The notes beneath the pieces were generated by a model. The model made no database searches. It was not told the origin of the DNA and saw only the letters and a list, made by a program, of their open reading frames with translations. Below, one piece after another: positions 1 through 10,217 of a stretch of DNA of 64,000 nt (position 1 is its first letter; each line of letters opens with the position of its first letter). This stretch comes from Alphaproteobacteria bacterium. GTDB lineage: Bacteria; Pseudomonadota; Alphaproteobacteria; SHVP01. A program made the position numbers and the translations under genes. The stretch spans positions 1,307-65,306 of the forward strand of contig VGES01000018.1 in assembly GCA_016869765.1 (NCBI GenBank), read 5' to 3'.

Positions 1-1190
1 GCGAACTCGCGCACGCGCACGATCGACAGCACGGGGCCGAAAATCTCTTCCTTGTAGACGCGCATCGCCGGGGCGACCCGATCGAACAGGGTGCCACCCA
101 AGTAGTAGCCGTTCTCGTAGCCCTGGAGCTTGAGGTTGCGCCCATCGACCACGAGGTCGGCCCCCTCGGCCACGCCCTGATCGATGTACCCCCGCACCTT
201 GGCCAAGTGTTCCGCCGTCACCAGCGGCCCCATCTCCGAATCAGGAGCGGTTCCGGGCCCCACTTTCAGCGCGCGGACGCGCGGCGCCAGTTTCCCGACC
301 AAGACGTCACCGGCGCGGCCGACGGCGACCGCGACCGACACCGCCATGCAGCGTTCGCCGGCCGATCCATACGCCGCCCCCATGAGCGCGTCCGTCGCCT
401 GATCCATGTCGGCGTCGGGCATCACGACCATGTGGTTCTTGGCCCCGCCCAACGCCTGCACCCGTTTTCCGAAGGCGGCCGCGGTGCGGTAGACGTGCTC
501 GGCGATCGGTGTCGAGCCCACGAAGCTCACCGCCATCACCCGCGTGTCGCTCAGGAGCGCGTCGACGGCGATGCGATCCCCGTTGACCACGTTGAACACC
601 CCCGGCGGCAGGCCGGCCTCGCTCAGCAATTCGGCCAGGCGCAGGCTCGCAGAGGGATCCTTCTCCGAAGGCTTGAGCACGAAGGTGTTACCGCAAGCGA
701 GCGCCACCGGAAACATCCACATCGGCACCATGGCCGGAAAATTGAACGGCGTGATCCCGACGCAGACGCCCAACGGCAGGCGCATCGACCAGGCATCGAC
801 GCCCGTCCCGACGTTGTCGGTGTATTCGCCCTTGAGGAGATGCGGAATGCCGCAGGCGAACTCGACCACCTCGAGTCCACGTGTCAGCGATCCCATGGCA
901 TCGCTGAGGATTTTGCCGTGTTCTCCGGTGATGAGCCGCGCGAGTTCATCGGCGTGGCGTTCGACCAGCTCCTTGAACTTGAACAGGAGCCGCGCCCGGC
1001 GAAGCGGTGGCGTCGCCGCCCAGGCCGGAAATGCGGCGTGGGCCGCGGCGACGGCGGCGGCGGTCTCTTCGGGGCTGGCCAACGGGACGCGGGCGGTCTG
1101 TTCGCCGGTCGCCGGGTCGAACACCGGACCGAAGCGATCGCTCGTTCCCGCAACCGATCGGCCGTTGATAGCGTGATGCAGCGTTTTCAT
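1..1190 (-). CDS. mmsA: methylmalonate-semialdehyde dehydrogenase (CoA-acylating), C-terminally truncated by the window start
   Basis: The minus-strand translation starts [11 protein letters not shown] at 1190 and has the ALDH-family catalytic region ([17 protein letters not shown]...VLKPSE; ERCMA) in the MmsA subfamily pattern. It is not in the ORF track because the stop lies outside the window. Confidence 0.85.
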   Translation of the reverse strand, partial: MKTLHHAINGRSVAGTSDRFGPVFDPATGEQTARVPLASPEETAAAVAAAHAAFPAWAATPPLRRARLLFKFKELVERHADELARLITGEHGKILSDAMGSLTRGLEVVEFACGIPHLLKGEYTDNVGTGVDAWSMRLPLGVCVGITPFNFPAMVPMWMFPVALACGNTFVLKPSEKDPSASLRLAELLSEAGLPPGVFNVVNGDRIAVDALLSDTRVMAVSFVGSTPIAEHVYRTAAAFGKRVQALGGAKNHMVVMPDADMDQATDALMGAAYGSAGERCMAVSVAVAVGRAGDVLVGKLAPRVRALKVGPGTAPDSEMGPLVTAEHLAKVRGYIDQGVAEGADLVVDGRNLKLQGYENGYYLGGTLFDRVAPAMRVYKEEIFGPVLSIVRVREF

Positions 1191-1258
1191 GGTCGCGCTC
1201 CCTGGCGGGGGGCGGAGTGTCGCGGGAACCGCCCGGAACCTCAAGCGACCGGTGGTCG

Positions 1259-3727
1259 CTAATTCGCCTTGGCGCGATTGACCGCTTCGGCGTACTGCAC
1301 GTCGGTCATGACCCGCCGCAGGAGTGCCAAATTGTCGCTGGCACGCCGATGGCCACCGGCCTCGGCTCGGCTGAACCAGACATAGGCCGTGACCAGATTG
1401 CGCGGGACGCCGTGGCCATCGAGGTGCAGCCCCCCCATGAAGTACTGCGCGTCCGCGTGGCCGGCCTCGGCGGCCGGCCGCCAGTATGTGAGGGCCTTGG
1501 CGTAGTCGCGCGTGAGATAGGCGGCGACACCGTCCTCGACCGCCTTGGCAAGACCCTGGGGTGGCGAGGCCTCCTGGCGCAGCATCGCCGGCGCCGCCGC
1601 GGGTGCCGGGTTGTCGGCCTTTGCGAGGGTCTCGCGCCGCTCGCGTTCGATGGTGGCGGCCGGTGTCGGATCAGAGAGATTCGGTCGGTTGAAGCGGGGC
1701 ACCGTCCGCGCCGCGTCGGCCATCGCCTCGCGCTGCAACAGGGGTGGCGCACTCGACCCCGAGCGGGTGCGGAGAAAGTCGAGTTCGGCTTCGGCCCGCA
1801 GGAACAGCGGGACGGGAATCTCGTCGAACGGCCGGATGCGGCGGGCTCCGGGTTCGCTGCGCAGGAACGCTGGCGGCGGCATGACATCGGCCGGCGGTGC
1901 GGACTCGATGACACGCGCGGCCACCTGTCGGCGCTCTAGTTCGGCCTCGTGCCGCAGGAATGCGGGAACCCGCGATCCGTCGGGGGCAGGCGAAAGCCGG
2001 TGTTCGGCCTCGACGCGCAGGAACGCCGGGAGCGGCGGCGTAGCCAGCCGCTCGTCGTCCCGCAGCGGCCCGACGCGGCGTGAATCCGGCGGTGGCGCCG
2101 GGGCGGGCGGCACGGCAGCAACCTTGGCCGGCGTTTCGCGGATCGGTGCCGGAGACGGTTCCGGTGTACGAACGACCGTCGCCTCACGTTGGACCAGCGG
2201 GGCCTCGCGCTCGGAGGGGCGTCGATCTTCCGCCGCCACGCCCTCGGGCTTCCGAGGAGTGTCGTCCCGCCGCGCGGCCGGCGGAACGACCGCGGCTTTT
2301 GCTGCCGGAGCTGAAGGCTCGGGCTGGTCTGGCTCGCGCCAATCGTCGGATGGCTTGGAAGAGTTTCGGCGCGCTTCGTCGACCAGAAACCCTGGAACCG
2401 CTCGTTCGGCAGATCGAAACGCAACCTGTCGCCGCGCATCCTCGGCGGCCTCCCGCACGACGATCGCGGAGGGCGCAACGACGGGTGGCTCAGGCTGCCG
2501 GGTCGCGGTCGCCAACCGTCGAGCGTCTTCCTCGGCCTCGCGCACCACCACCAGGGAGGGCGGCACAACGACCGCGGCCGTCGAGCGCGAGGTCGTCGGA
2601 TCGCGATCCGCCTCGGCCTTGATCAAGGCCGGGACGGGGATGATGACCTGGGCCTCGGGGCGCGGTGGCGGTGCGAGCGGTGGCGACGGGGTTGCGGCCA
2701 CGGCACGCACCGGCACCGGTTTGTCGTCCGCCGCTGGACGCTCCTTCGGCTGTCGCAGATTGGCGAGTTCGGGAATCTCCGGCACGACCCGTGGCGCGTT
2801 GTTGGCCTTGGGCAGCGGCGTGGCCGGGTCACGCGGTGCGCTCGGGCGCACCGCCAACCGGACATCGGCCGTCCCCGCCAACGCGGTCGGGCCGCTCGGC
2901 TTGGCCTCAGGCCCGGGACGCGCGGTCGCAGACGGCGCTGGTGTCGGTTCGGCGCGGGCGACGTCCACCGCACGGGCGGCCCCGTCACCCGCTGGCATCG
3001 GCGGCAGGGTGCGATCCGTGGGGCGTGGCGGACGTTCGCGCAGCCACTCGGGCAGATATTCACTCGCCCGAGCGGTGCGCACCGGCTGGGCCGGGGTCGT
3101 AGGCTTGCTCGCTGTTGCCGGCGGCGGCGAGGTGGTCGAGCCGGCACCCGGAGCGACCTTGTCGTTGAGCAGTTGCGCCAGCCGCTCGCTCGCGCGCTCG
3201 TGACCGTTCTCGCTCGCCCGCTGTAACCAGCTCACCGCACGCGTGCGGTTCTTTTCGACGCCAAGTCCCTGGTCATAGAGCAGGGCCAGGTTGTATTGCG
3301 AGATCGCATGTCCCTGATCGGCAGCTCGCTTGAACCACTCGGCCGCCTTGACGTAATCCCGCTCGACACCCTCACCGTTCAGATACATGACGCCAAGGTT
3401 GGCTTGCGCGCGATCGAGCCCCTGCTCCGCCGCCAGTCGATACCAGTTGACTGCGACGGCCGGATCTTTGGGAACGCCTTGGCCAAGGCGATAGAGCTGG
3501 CCGATGTTGCGCTGGGCGGAGGCATCGCCGCCGCGCGCGAGCGGCAACCACTCGCGGTAGGCCGTTGCGAAGTCGCGCTTTTCGTAAGCCCGCGAGCCGG
3601 CAGCAAAATCGGCGAACGCGGGGTCGGCCCAGCCGATTCCGGCCGCGACGACGAGGACGGCGGCCGTACCGAGCAAGCGTTGGCGCAAGGATCCCTGGGC
3701 AAACATCATCCGTCCACCAACACCCAC
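1259..3727 (-). CDS. large secreted Sel1/TPR-like repeat protein (822 aa) with proline-rich central region and internal short repeats
   Basis: It has an N-terminal signal peptide and Sel1 repeats at both ends ([54 protein letters not shown]). The central Pro/Ala-rich low-complexity region carries repeated P-AFLR-x-EAE and [12 protein letters not shown] motifs. The start could be M1 (3727) or M7 (3709). Confidence 0.75.
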   Translation of the reverse strand: MGVGGRMMFAQGSLRQRLLGTAAVLVVAAGIGWADPAFADFAAGSRAYEKRDFATAYREWLPLARGGDASAQRNIGQLYRLGQGVPKDPAVAVNWYRLAAEQGLDRAQANLGVMYLNGEGVERDYVKAAEWFKRAADQGHAISQYNLALLYDQGLGVEKNRTRAVSWLQRASENGHERASERLAQLLNDKVAPGAGSTTSPPPATASKPTTPAQPVRTARASEYLPEWLRERPPRPTDRTLPPMPAGDGAARAVDVARAEPTPAPSATARPGPEAKPSGPTALAGTADVRLAVRPSAPRDPATPLPKANNAPRVVPEIPELANLRQPKERPAADDKPVPVRAVAATPSPPLAPPPRPEAQVIIPVPALIKAEADRDPTTSRSTAAVVVPPSLVVVREAEEDARRLATATRQPEPPVVAPSAIVVREAAEDARRQVAFRSAERAVPGFLVDEARRNSSKPSDDWREPDQPEPSAPAAKAAVVPPAARRDDTPRKPEGVAAEDRRPSEREAPLVQREATVVRTPEPSPAPIRETPAKVAAVPPAPAPPPDSRRVGPLRDDERLATPPLPAFLRVEAEHRLSPAPDGSRVPAFLRHEAELERRQVAARVIESAPPADVMPPPAFLRSEPGARRIRPFDEIPVPLFLRAEAELDFLRTRSGSSAPPLLQREAMADAARTVPRFNRPNLSDPTPAATIERERRETLAKADNPAPAAAPAMLRQEASPPQGLAKAVEDGVAAYLTRDYAKALTYWRPAAEAGHADAQYFMGGLHLDGHGVPRNLVTAYVWFSRAEAGGHRRASDNLALLRRVMTDVQYAEAVNRAKAN

Positions 3728-4215
3728 GAGCCGTCGTTCTCACGACACGCGGTGCCGTTGGCCTCCTGGCCGCGACCGCGAACCTCGACCCGCTGCGTGA
3801 ACTCGCGACAATACTGGCCGTTCGGCTTCTGGTATGTCCGCGTCGGCGTTACCGAACCGGCGCTGCCACTGTCGTTGTTGCGCCACGTCGATTGCGTCCC
3901 GATGGGCACGGTTTCGAGCGTGGTCTGCGTCGCTCGCGTCAGCGCCGTCTGATCTGCGGGCGACAACTGTTTGCCGATGTCGCTGCGCAACAGCCCGGCG
4001 AGCACACTGGGTTTGGCCATGGCCGACATCGGTTCTGGCACGGCTGCCGGCTCGGGCTGCGGGCGCGACGGTGCCGGTTCTGCACGCGCTACCGGGCGCG
4101 GTGCAGCGCCGCGTTCGATCTCCTCCGGTGATTGCGCGCCGCCGCGGCCGCAGGCGGCTAGGCCAAGCGCCACGACGATCAGGCACGCGATCACGCTTCC
4201 AATCGCTCGGTCCAT
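3706..4215 (-). CDS. lipoprotein (surface-antigen-like domain), start overlaps downstream Sel1 gene
   Basis: It has a signal peptide with an LAAC lipobox and a C-terminal conserved block GQYCREFTQ...NGTACR. Its stop overlaps the start of the Sel1 gene, which suggests an operon. Confidence 0.55.
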   Translation of the reverse strand: MDRAIGSVIACLIVVALGLAACGRGGAQSPEEIERGAAPRPVARAEPAPSRPQPEPAAVPEPMSAMAKPSVLAGLLRSDIGKQLSPADQTALTRATQTTLETVPIGTQSTWRNNDSGSAGSVTPTRTYQKPNGQYCREFTQRVEVRGRGQEANGTACRENDGSWVLVDG

Positions 4216-4456
4216 CCCTCACACCCGCCGTTCGCGATCACGGCAACGGCCTTAGGTGAAGTCCTGCCTCTAATCTATTCTTTCTGATGGAAAAACTTCC
4301 AGATACCGCGGAATCGTGCCGATTCGACTAATGGAACCCGTGTCGCTCCAAACCGCAATATGTAGGAAAACCCCGATCGCGAAGGTGTGACCCGGAGGAA
4401 ACACGGCCGATGAAATCACGGATAACCGGTCGTGCCGGTCGAGCGAACATCAGAGC

Positions 4457-5185
4457 ATGACGCCCCGAAGCTGCTTCGTCCTGATCGCTCTTCTTGCCCT
4501 TTTTGCTACGCCAGCCCGTACGGCCGAACGACCGGTTGTGGTCGAGTTGTTCACGTCGCAGGGTTGCTATTCGTGTCCACCCGCCGAAGCGCTGCTGACG
4601 GAACTCGTCGTCCAGCGTCGCGACGTGCTAGCGCTCGAGTTCCACGTCGACTACTGGGACTCGCTCGTCTACGGCGGCAGCTCCTGGAAGGACCCCTTCT
4701 CCGATCCAGCATTCACGCAACGCCAGCGACACTATGCGCAGACGATTCTCGGCCGACCCTCGATCTACACGCCCCAAATGGTGTTCGACGGCCGGCGCGA
4801 GGCGGTGGGATCCCGTCGCAGTGACGTCCTCGATGTGATCCGACGGCTGCAGCGTGACCGCGCCTCGGAACCGAAGCTCGTCGTCACGCGCGATGGCGAC
4901 GATCTCCAGGTGTCACTCGACGGCGTCCCGGCTCAACCCGCGGCGCTGTGGTTCGTCACCTTCCTTCGCCAGCATCGCACCGACGTGAAGGGCGGCGAGA
5001 ATCGCGGCAAAGTCTTGGTCAATACCCACGTGGTTCGCAGTCTGCGTTCGCTCGCGTCGTGGTCGGGCGGACCACTCGACGTGCGCACCGAAGCAACCCT
5101 CGAATCGGGTCACGACTGTGCGGTCCTCCTGCAGGCAAACGATCAGGGCCCCATCCTCGCCGCGGCTCGCTGTCCTGCAACCTGA
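4457..5185 (+). CDS. DUF1223 family secreted thioredoxin-like protein
   Basis: It has a signal peptide and the ELFTSQGCYSCPPAE motif characteristic of DUF1223. Confidence 0.75.
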   Translation: MTPRSCFVLIALLALFATPARTAERPVVVELFTSQGCYSCPPAEALLTELVVQRRDVLALEFHVDYWDSLVYGGSSWKDPFSDPAFTQRQRHYAQTILGRPSIYTPQMVFDGRREAVGSRRSDVLDVIRRLQRDRASEPKLVVTRDGDDLQVSLDGVPAQPAALWFVTFLRQHRTDVKGGENRGKVLVNTHVVRSLRSLASWSGGPLDVRTEATLESGHDCAVLLQANDQGPILAAARCPAT

Positions 5186-5218
5186 CCCGGATCGCGCCGT
5201 GCGCTAAGCTGCGCGGCG

Positions 5219-5869
5219 ATGGCAGAGTTGATCATCTTCGATTGTGACGGCGTCCTTCTCGACAGCGAGATTCACTACTGTCGCGCCGGCGTCGAGACCC
5301 TGAACGCGCTCGGCGTCAACATGGCGCTCGAGGAGTTCATGACGCGCTACATCGGCATCGCGCTTCCCGATATCCGCGAGCGGATGCGGCGCGACTTTGG
5401 CACACCGGTGGCCGAGGCTTGGACCGAACGTTCACCAACCCTCGGACGGGCTTATGCCGCGGCCGGGCTTCAGGCCGTGCCGGGGGTCGGGCACGTCCTG
5501 ACCACGCTCACCCGCCCGAAATGCGTCGCCTCGAGCACGAGCCCGGAGGGGCTGCGACGTGGCCTCGGCCAGGTCGGGCTCTATGACTCTTTCGCCCCCC
5601 ATATTTTCAGCGCGACGATGGTCGCCCGCGGCAAGCCTGCGCCGGATCTTTTCCTGTATGCGAGCGAGCGAATGGGCACTCGTCCGGAGGACTGCCTGGT
5701 CATCGAGGATAGCGTTCACGGCGTCACCGCGGCGGTCGCCGCCGGGATGACCGTGCTCGGTTTCACGGGCGCCTCGCACGCCTATCCTGGCCTCGCGGAC
5801 CGATTGCGTGAGGCCGGTGCCGCCGAGGTTTTCGACGACATGACCGCGTTACCAGGAATGCTGCCATGA
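5219..5869 (+). CDS. HAD-family hydrolase (beta-phosphoglucomutase-like subfamily)
   Basis: It has the N-terminal FDCDGVLLDSE HAD motif I and the C-terminal EDSVHGV/GFTG motifs. Confidence 0.75.
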   Translation: MAELIIFDCDGVLLDSEIHYCRAGVETLNALGVNMALEEFMTRYIGIALPDIRERMRRDFGTPVAEAWTERSPTLGRAYAAAGLQAVPGVGHVLTTLTRPKCVASSTSPEGLRRGLGQVGLYDSFAPHIFSATMVARGKPAPDLFLYASERMGTRPEDCLVIEDSVHGVTAAVAAGMTVLGFTGASHAYPGLADRLREAGAAEVFDDMTALPGMLP

Positions 5870-6300
5870 CCAACGCCTACCGCGTCGTTGCCCCACCCGA
5901 CTGGGCCGCCCGCTTCCGTTTGTCCCAGGGATTTCGCATCGGCAACCTCGTCATCATTTCGGGTCGCGCGGCGGTAGGCGAGCGCGGCGAAGTGGTCGGT
6001 ATCGGTGACTTCGAGGCCCAAGCCGAGCAGACGCTGCACAACGTCCGACGGGTTCTGGAGGCTGGCGGCTCTGGCCTCGACCGCATCGTCAAGATGACGA
6101 GCTATCTCACCGATATCCGCGATCTTCCCAAGTTGCGGCCCGTATGGAACCGGTCGTTTCGTGCGCCCTGGCCAGCCCACACCGTCGTCGGAGTCAGTGC
6201 CCTCGGGATCAAGGACCTGCTGATCGAGATCGAGGCGATTGGAATCATCGACGGTCGGTTGATCGATCGGTCGCCTCAGCGCGGGCGGCGCAAGCGGTAG
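5866..6300 (+). CDS. RidA/YjgF/TdcF-family protein
   Basis: It has the signature GNLVIISGRAA...KMTSYLTDI. It overlaps the HAD gene by 4 bp. Confidence 0.8.
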   Translation: MTNAYRVVAPPDWAARFRLSQGFRIGNLVIISGRAAVGERGEVVGIGDFEAQAEQTLHNVRRVLEAGGSGLDRIVKMTSYLTDIRDLPKLRPVWNRSFRAPWPAHTVVGVSALGIKDLLIEIEAIGIIDGRLIDRSPQRGRRKR

Positions 6301-7316
6301 TGAGCGACCCCCCATTCCTCGCCGTCGCGGTAACCGAAAAACTCCGCCACGGCGAGGAAGAACATCCGCCAACGATGGAACCACTGGGCGGCGTCGCTGG
6401 CGTAGGCCACCCGCAGGATCGGCATGACCGTCGAGCGATGACGGTCGAGATTTAGCAGCCAATCCTCGGCGGTTCGCGCGTAATGGCGGCCGTTCCACCA
6501 CCACTCCTGCTCGAGATCGAGAACATCCGAAAAATGCCTGATCAAGCCCCGGCTAGGCATGATTCCACCCGAGAAGAAGTGCCGCGCCATCCAGGCCTGA
6601 TCTCCGTCGTCGGCGTAGAAATAGGGCACCGTGCGATGGGCGAACACGTGCAAGAACAGCCGACCATCCGCCCGCAGCCAAGCAGCGACGCGGCGAAGCA
6701 ACTCGGGCCAATTGCGCATGTGCTCGAACATCTCGACCGAAACGATGCGGTCGTACGTCGCTGGCGCCTGGAAGCCGTTCATGTCGGCGGTGATCACGCG
6801 CAGGTTCGTGAGTCCGCGCCGTCGCGCTTCCTTTTCGATGTGGGCGCGCTGCGATGCCGAGTTCGACACCGCAGTGATTCGGCTGCCGCGATAGTGCTCG
6901 GCCATCCACAGACTGAGCGAGCCCCAGCCGCAGCCGAGCTCGAGCACGTCCTGGCCATCGGCCAGAGATGCGTGGACGGCGGTCTCGGCCAACGCCGCCT
7001 CCTCGGCTTCCGCGAGGGTCGTTCGTTCCTCGGGATAATAGCAGGACGAGTACTTTCGGCGGGGACCGAGCACCTCGCCGAAGAATCCGGCCGGCACCTC
7101 GTAGTGCTGTTCGTTGGCCTTCTGCGGCACCGCCGCCACCGGTTGGCGCCCCATCGCGGCCACGAAGTCGGCTTCGGCTCGGCGGATCGCGTCGGGGTCG
7201 AACGGCAAGGAGCGCCGACGCCCCTCGGTGATCCGGCGGATCGCCAGTCGAATCACCGGATCCGGAACGCGACCGCGCTCGACCTGCCGAATACCCCAGG
7301 ACACCAACGACACAGC
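6276..7316 (-). CDS. cyclopropane-fatty-acyl-phospholipid synthase-like SAM-dependent methyltransferase
   Basis: It has the CFA-synthase family motifs (YSSCYY, VLELGCGWGSL, MFEHM). The start is uncertain: an ATG at 7406 would overlap the upstream gene, and a GTG at 7314-7316 lies 8 nt after the DUF1295 stop. Confidence 0.8.
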   Translation of the reverse strand, partial: AVSLVSWGIRQVERGRVPDPVIRLAIRRITEGRRRSLPFDPDAIRRAEADFVAAMGRQPVAAVPQKANEQHYEVPAGFFGEVLGPRRKYSSCYYPEERTTLAEAEEAALAETAVHASLADGQDVLELGCGWGSLSLWMAEHYRGSRITAVSNSASQRAHIEKEARRRGLTNLRVITADMNGFQAPATYDRIVSVEMFEHMRNWPELLRRVAAWLRADGRLFLHVFAHRTVPYFYADDGDQAWMARHFFSGGIMPSRGLIRHFSDVLDLEQEWWWNGRHYARTAEDWLLNLDRHRSTVMPILRVAYASDAAQWFHRWRMFFLAVAEFFGYRDGEEWGVAHYRLRRPR

Positions 7317-7323
7317 CCGGCCT

Positions 7324-8130
7324 CTATGGTTGGGCTCGGGGTGGCCTCGGGAAGAACGCACTGGTGCGTGCCTGATAGGCGCGATAGGCCTCGCCGCGCG
7401 AGGCAACCATGTGCTTTTCCGTGGGCGGAATCCCCGTGACCCTGGTGATGGTCACCCACATCAGGATCGGTCCGAGCAGCGCGAACCAGCCCCAGCCATA
7501 TCGCCCGTCCACGTCGACCGCTAGGAACACGTAGGCAAACCAGTGCAGCCACTCGAAGAAGTAGTTGGGGTGACGGGAGTAGCGCCATAGCCCGCGGTCA
7601 CAAACTTTGCCGCGGTTGGCCGGATCGGCCTTGAAGCGCGCCAACTGACGATCCGCGAGCGCTTCGCCCAAGACGGCCGTCGCAAAAATCGCGACCGCCA
7701 GGAGGTCGAGGACGCGAAACGTCGGCTCCAGCTGGCGAGCCGCCAGCAACATCGGCAAGGCGAAGATCACCGCGAACAGCGCTTGAAACTGGAAGAACCA
7801 GAACAGTTTGCGCTGCACCGCCTCGCCCCAGGCCTCACGCAGCTCGCGGTAGCGACCGTCTTCCTCGCTGGAGCGCACGCGTTGCCACACGTAGGCGCCA
7901 AGTCGTAGCGACCAAAAGAACGCACAACCCGCCACCAGCCCCTGTCGCCACAAGACGCCGTCGTCGGCAAATGGCGCCAACGCAAACCAGATTCCGGCCA
8001 GCCCGGTCCCGAACGACCAGGCAATGTCGACCGTGCCAGCATTGCCAGTCGCCTTCTGTCGCCACCACAGGATCGCCATCACGATCGCGAGGACGGCCCA
8101 GGCAACCACTACGACTTGCCACCAATTCAT
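7324..8130 (-). CDS. DUF1295 family integral membrane protein (steroid 5-alpha-reductase/ICMT-like fold)
   Basis: The ATG at 8128-8130 gives MNWWQVVVVAW with multiple TM segments and the RHPNYFFEW motif. The longer 341-aa ORF in the track is an upstream over-extension. Confidence 0.75.
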   Translation of the reverse strand: MNWWQVVVVAWAVLAIVMAILWWRQKATGNAGTVDIAWSFGTGLAGIWFALAPFADDGVLWRQGLVAGCAFFWSLRLGAYVWQRVRSSEEDGRYRELREAWGEAVQRKLFWFFQFQALFAVIFALPMLLAARQLEPTFRVLDLLAVAIFATAVLGEALADRQLARFKADPANRGKVCDRGLWRYSRHPNYFFEWLHWFAYVFLAVDVDGRYGWGWFALLGPILMWVTITRVTGIPPTEKHMVASRGEAYRAYQARTSAFFPRPPRAQP

Positions 8131-8167
8131 GGGAGTTCCGAACCGAGGGAGATACCCACCTCGCGCC

Positions 8168-8668
8168 TCAGCGGTTGCGCTGATACAAACCGGCGCGTTC
8201 CAATTGTTCGAACAGCTCCGGGTCGACATTGCGCTCGTGGGCCTGACGCAGCTGGATGAGCGAGGCCAGCGGTGCTTCGATGTGGTGGAACAGCCGCCAG
8301 CCCTCCGGCTTGCGGCGTAGAAGTGTCGTCGCCCGCACCTCGCCCCCAATCGGATGGCGGTAGAGTGGATTGTCCCGTGAGAAGTAGTTCCAACTCAGCT
8401 TGTAGAAGGCATGGGCGAGGTCTGGCGCCATCGCACGCACGCGCAGGTCGAAGAACCGGATGAAGTGCTCGCTACGGCGCGGTTCGCCCACCTTCCAATA
8501 GCTCGCAAGAGCCTCCCAACCGATCAGCGCCTCACGCTCCTCCGCGACATAAATGGGCTCGGGTTCCTCGGGATCCCACAGCGCCCGCAGTGCTGCCATG
8601 TCCCATGCATTCCAGCGTTCGACGTAGCGATCCAGAACGGCTCGGATGTCGTCGTAGAGCGTTGCCAT
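8168..8668 (-). CDS. SnoaL-like/NTF2-fold protein (DUF4440-like), first gene of operon with DUF1295 and CFA-synthase-like genes
   Basis: The 166-aa product starting at MATLYDDIRAVLDRYVERWNAWD is an NTF2-like fold. The 427-aa ORF in the track is a spurious extension through the intergenic region. Confidence 0.55.
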   Translation of the reverse strand: MATLYDDIRAVLDRYVERWNAWDMAALRALWDPEEPEPIYVAEEREALIGWEALASYWKVGEPRRSEHFIRFFDLRVRAMAPDLAHAFYKLSWNYFSRDNPLYRHPIGGEVRATTLLRRKPEGWRLFHHIEAPLASLIQLRQAHERNVDPELFEQLERAGLYQRNR

Positions 8669-8788
8669 GACCCTGCTCCTTCCGACGCAGCATAGCCCGA
8701 CCCGCCGGGGAGCGTCTCTTTGGCGGTTGCGCGCGTCGGGCACCGATGAAAACATGTCCCGGCGGGGGCCAACGGTTGGGAGCGACGG

Positions 8789-9397
8789 GTGGGGATTCGG
8801 CGGGGTTGGGTTCTGTTGACGGTGGCGGCCTTGTTTTGGCTCGCTCCCGGAACGGTGTTCGCGCAATCTCCCGCCTCGCAGTTCGTCAAACTCCTCGGCG
8901 ATCGGGCCATCGGGATTCTGCGTTCGGAGGGAACGACCCTTCAGCAGCGCGAGGCGCAATTCCGCGAAATCCTGAGTCAGACTTTCGACATGCCCTTCAT
9001 CGGCCGCTTCGTGCTTGGCCGCCACTGGCCGCGCGCCAACGCCGAACAACAAAACGACTACCAGCGATTGTTCCAGGATTTCCTCGTGCGCACCTATTCG
9101 TCGCGGCTCGGCGGCTACGCCGGCGAGACGCTGGTGATCGTCGCCGAACGTGACGGCGGCGGGCGCGACACCGTAGTCCGCACACGGATCGATCGGCCGG
9201 CCGGGCCGCCGATCGATGCCGATTGGCGCGTCCGCCAATCCGACATCGGCTTTCGTATCATCGACGTCGAAGTGGCGGGCGTGAGCATGGCGATAACCCA
9301 GCGCGCAGAGTTCGATTCGTTGGTTCAGCGCAACGGCATCGATGGCCTGATCGAGGTGCTGCGCGCCAAGACCTCGCGTCTCGCGGCCGCCAACTGA
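8789..9397 (+). CDS. mlaC: MlaC/Ttg2D-family periplasmic phospholipid-binding protein
   Basis: It has a signal peptide and the toluene-tolerance Ttg2D-family pattern (FREILSQTFDMPFIGRFVLGRHW...YQRLFQDFLVRTYSSRL). Confidence 0.7.
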   Translation: MGIRRGWVLLTVAALFWLAPGTVFAQSPASQFVKLLGDRAIGILRSEGTTLQQREAQFREILSQTFDMPFIGRFVLGRHWPRANAEQQNDYQRLFQDFLVRTYSSRLGGYAGETLVIVAERDGGGRDTVVRTRIDRPAGPPIDADWRVRQSDIGFRIIDVEVAGVSMAITQRAEFDSLVQRNGIDGLIEVLRAKTSRLAAAN

Positions 9398-9407
9398 CGG
9401 AGCGCCC

Positions 9408-10217
9408 ATGAGGATCGCCCATCGCATTTTCGTCGCTGCCGGGTTGACCATCGCTCTGGCTTGGCCGGCGCACGCGACGTTCGAGGACGGCTGGCAAGCG
9501 TATCAAAAGGGGGAGTTCGGCCGCGCCTTCACCGAATGGCAACCGCTGGCAGAACGCGGCGATGCCCGCGCCCAGTTCAATCTCGGCGTCCTGTTCGAGC
9601 AGGGCAAAGGGGTCGAACAGAATTTCTCGATCGCGATCTCGTGGTGGGTGAAGGCGGCCGAACAGGGCCACGTCGGCGCGCAGCACAACCTCGCCAGCAT
9701 CTATATCGCCGGAGACGGAATCGATCGCGACTACGGGGCCGCTCTGCACTGGTTGCGGGTTGCCGCCGACCAGAGCCATGCGCCGGCCGCCTATACCCTC
9801 GGCAAAATGTACAGCTATGGCCTCGGCGTGAAGGCAAGCCCCCGTGAGGCAACGCGTTGGATTCAGCGTGCCGCCGAACTCGGCGACATGCGCGCGCAGT
9901 ACAACATGGGCAAAGCCCATCGCGACGGCGTCGGAGCCACCAAGGATATGGGCCGGGCGGTTCAGTGGTTTCGTCGCGCCGCCGAGCAGGGCTACGCCAA
10001 CGCCCAGATCGCTCTGGCCGAGCGCTATGCCCGCGGTGAAGGCGTCAAACCCAGTCGCGTGGAAGCCCTGTTTTGGGCGACGCTCGCGGCCGATCAGAAC
10101 CTGACCCGCGCCCAGACCCGGCGCGATCAGCTGGCGCGTGATCTCAGCGCGCGAGACCGCGTCACGCTCGAACGTTTGCTCAACGAACGACCCCGCCCCA
10201 AGAGTCCGACCCTTTGA
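9408..10217 (+). CDS. secreted Sel1-repeat protein
   Basis: It has a signal peptide and six to seven Sel1 repeats (AQFNLGVLFEQGKGVEQN, AQHNLASIYIAGDGIDRD, AQYNMGKAHRDGVGATKD, and others). Confidence 0.8.
   Translation: MRIAHRIFVAAGLTIALAWPAHATFEDGWQAYQKGEFGRAFTEWQPLAERGDARAQFNLGVLFEQGKGVEQNFSIAISWWVKAAEQGHVGAQHNLASIYIAGDGIDRDYGAALHWLRVAADQSHAPAAYTLGKMYSYGLGVKASPREATRWIQRAAELGDMRAQYNMGKAHRDGVGATKDMGRAVQWFRRAAEQGYANAQIALAERYARGEGVKPSRVEALFWATLAADQNLTRAQTRRDQLARDLSARDRVTLERLLNERPRPKSPTL

Noticed and set aside
207-3203. Long plus-strand ORFs (207-1262, 1545-3203) and many other 60-550-aa ORFs in the track that lie antisense to mmsA, the Sel1 gene and other real genes
   Set aside because: These are typical high-GC artefacts. 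Their products are low-complexity Arg/Pro/Ala-rich with no domain-like motifs, and every one lies opposite a gene with clear family signatures.
4216-4456. Relatively AT-richer stretch (CTAATCTATTCTTTCTGATGGAAAAACTTCC) between divergent lipoprotein and DUF1223 genes
   Set aside because: It is most simply a shared divergent promoter region. No repeat, small-RNA structure or ORF with support was seen.
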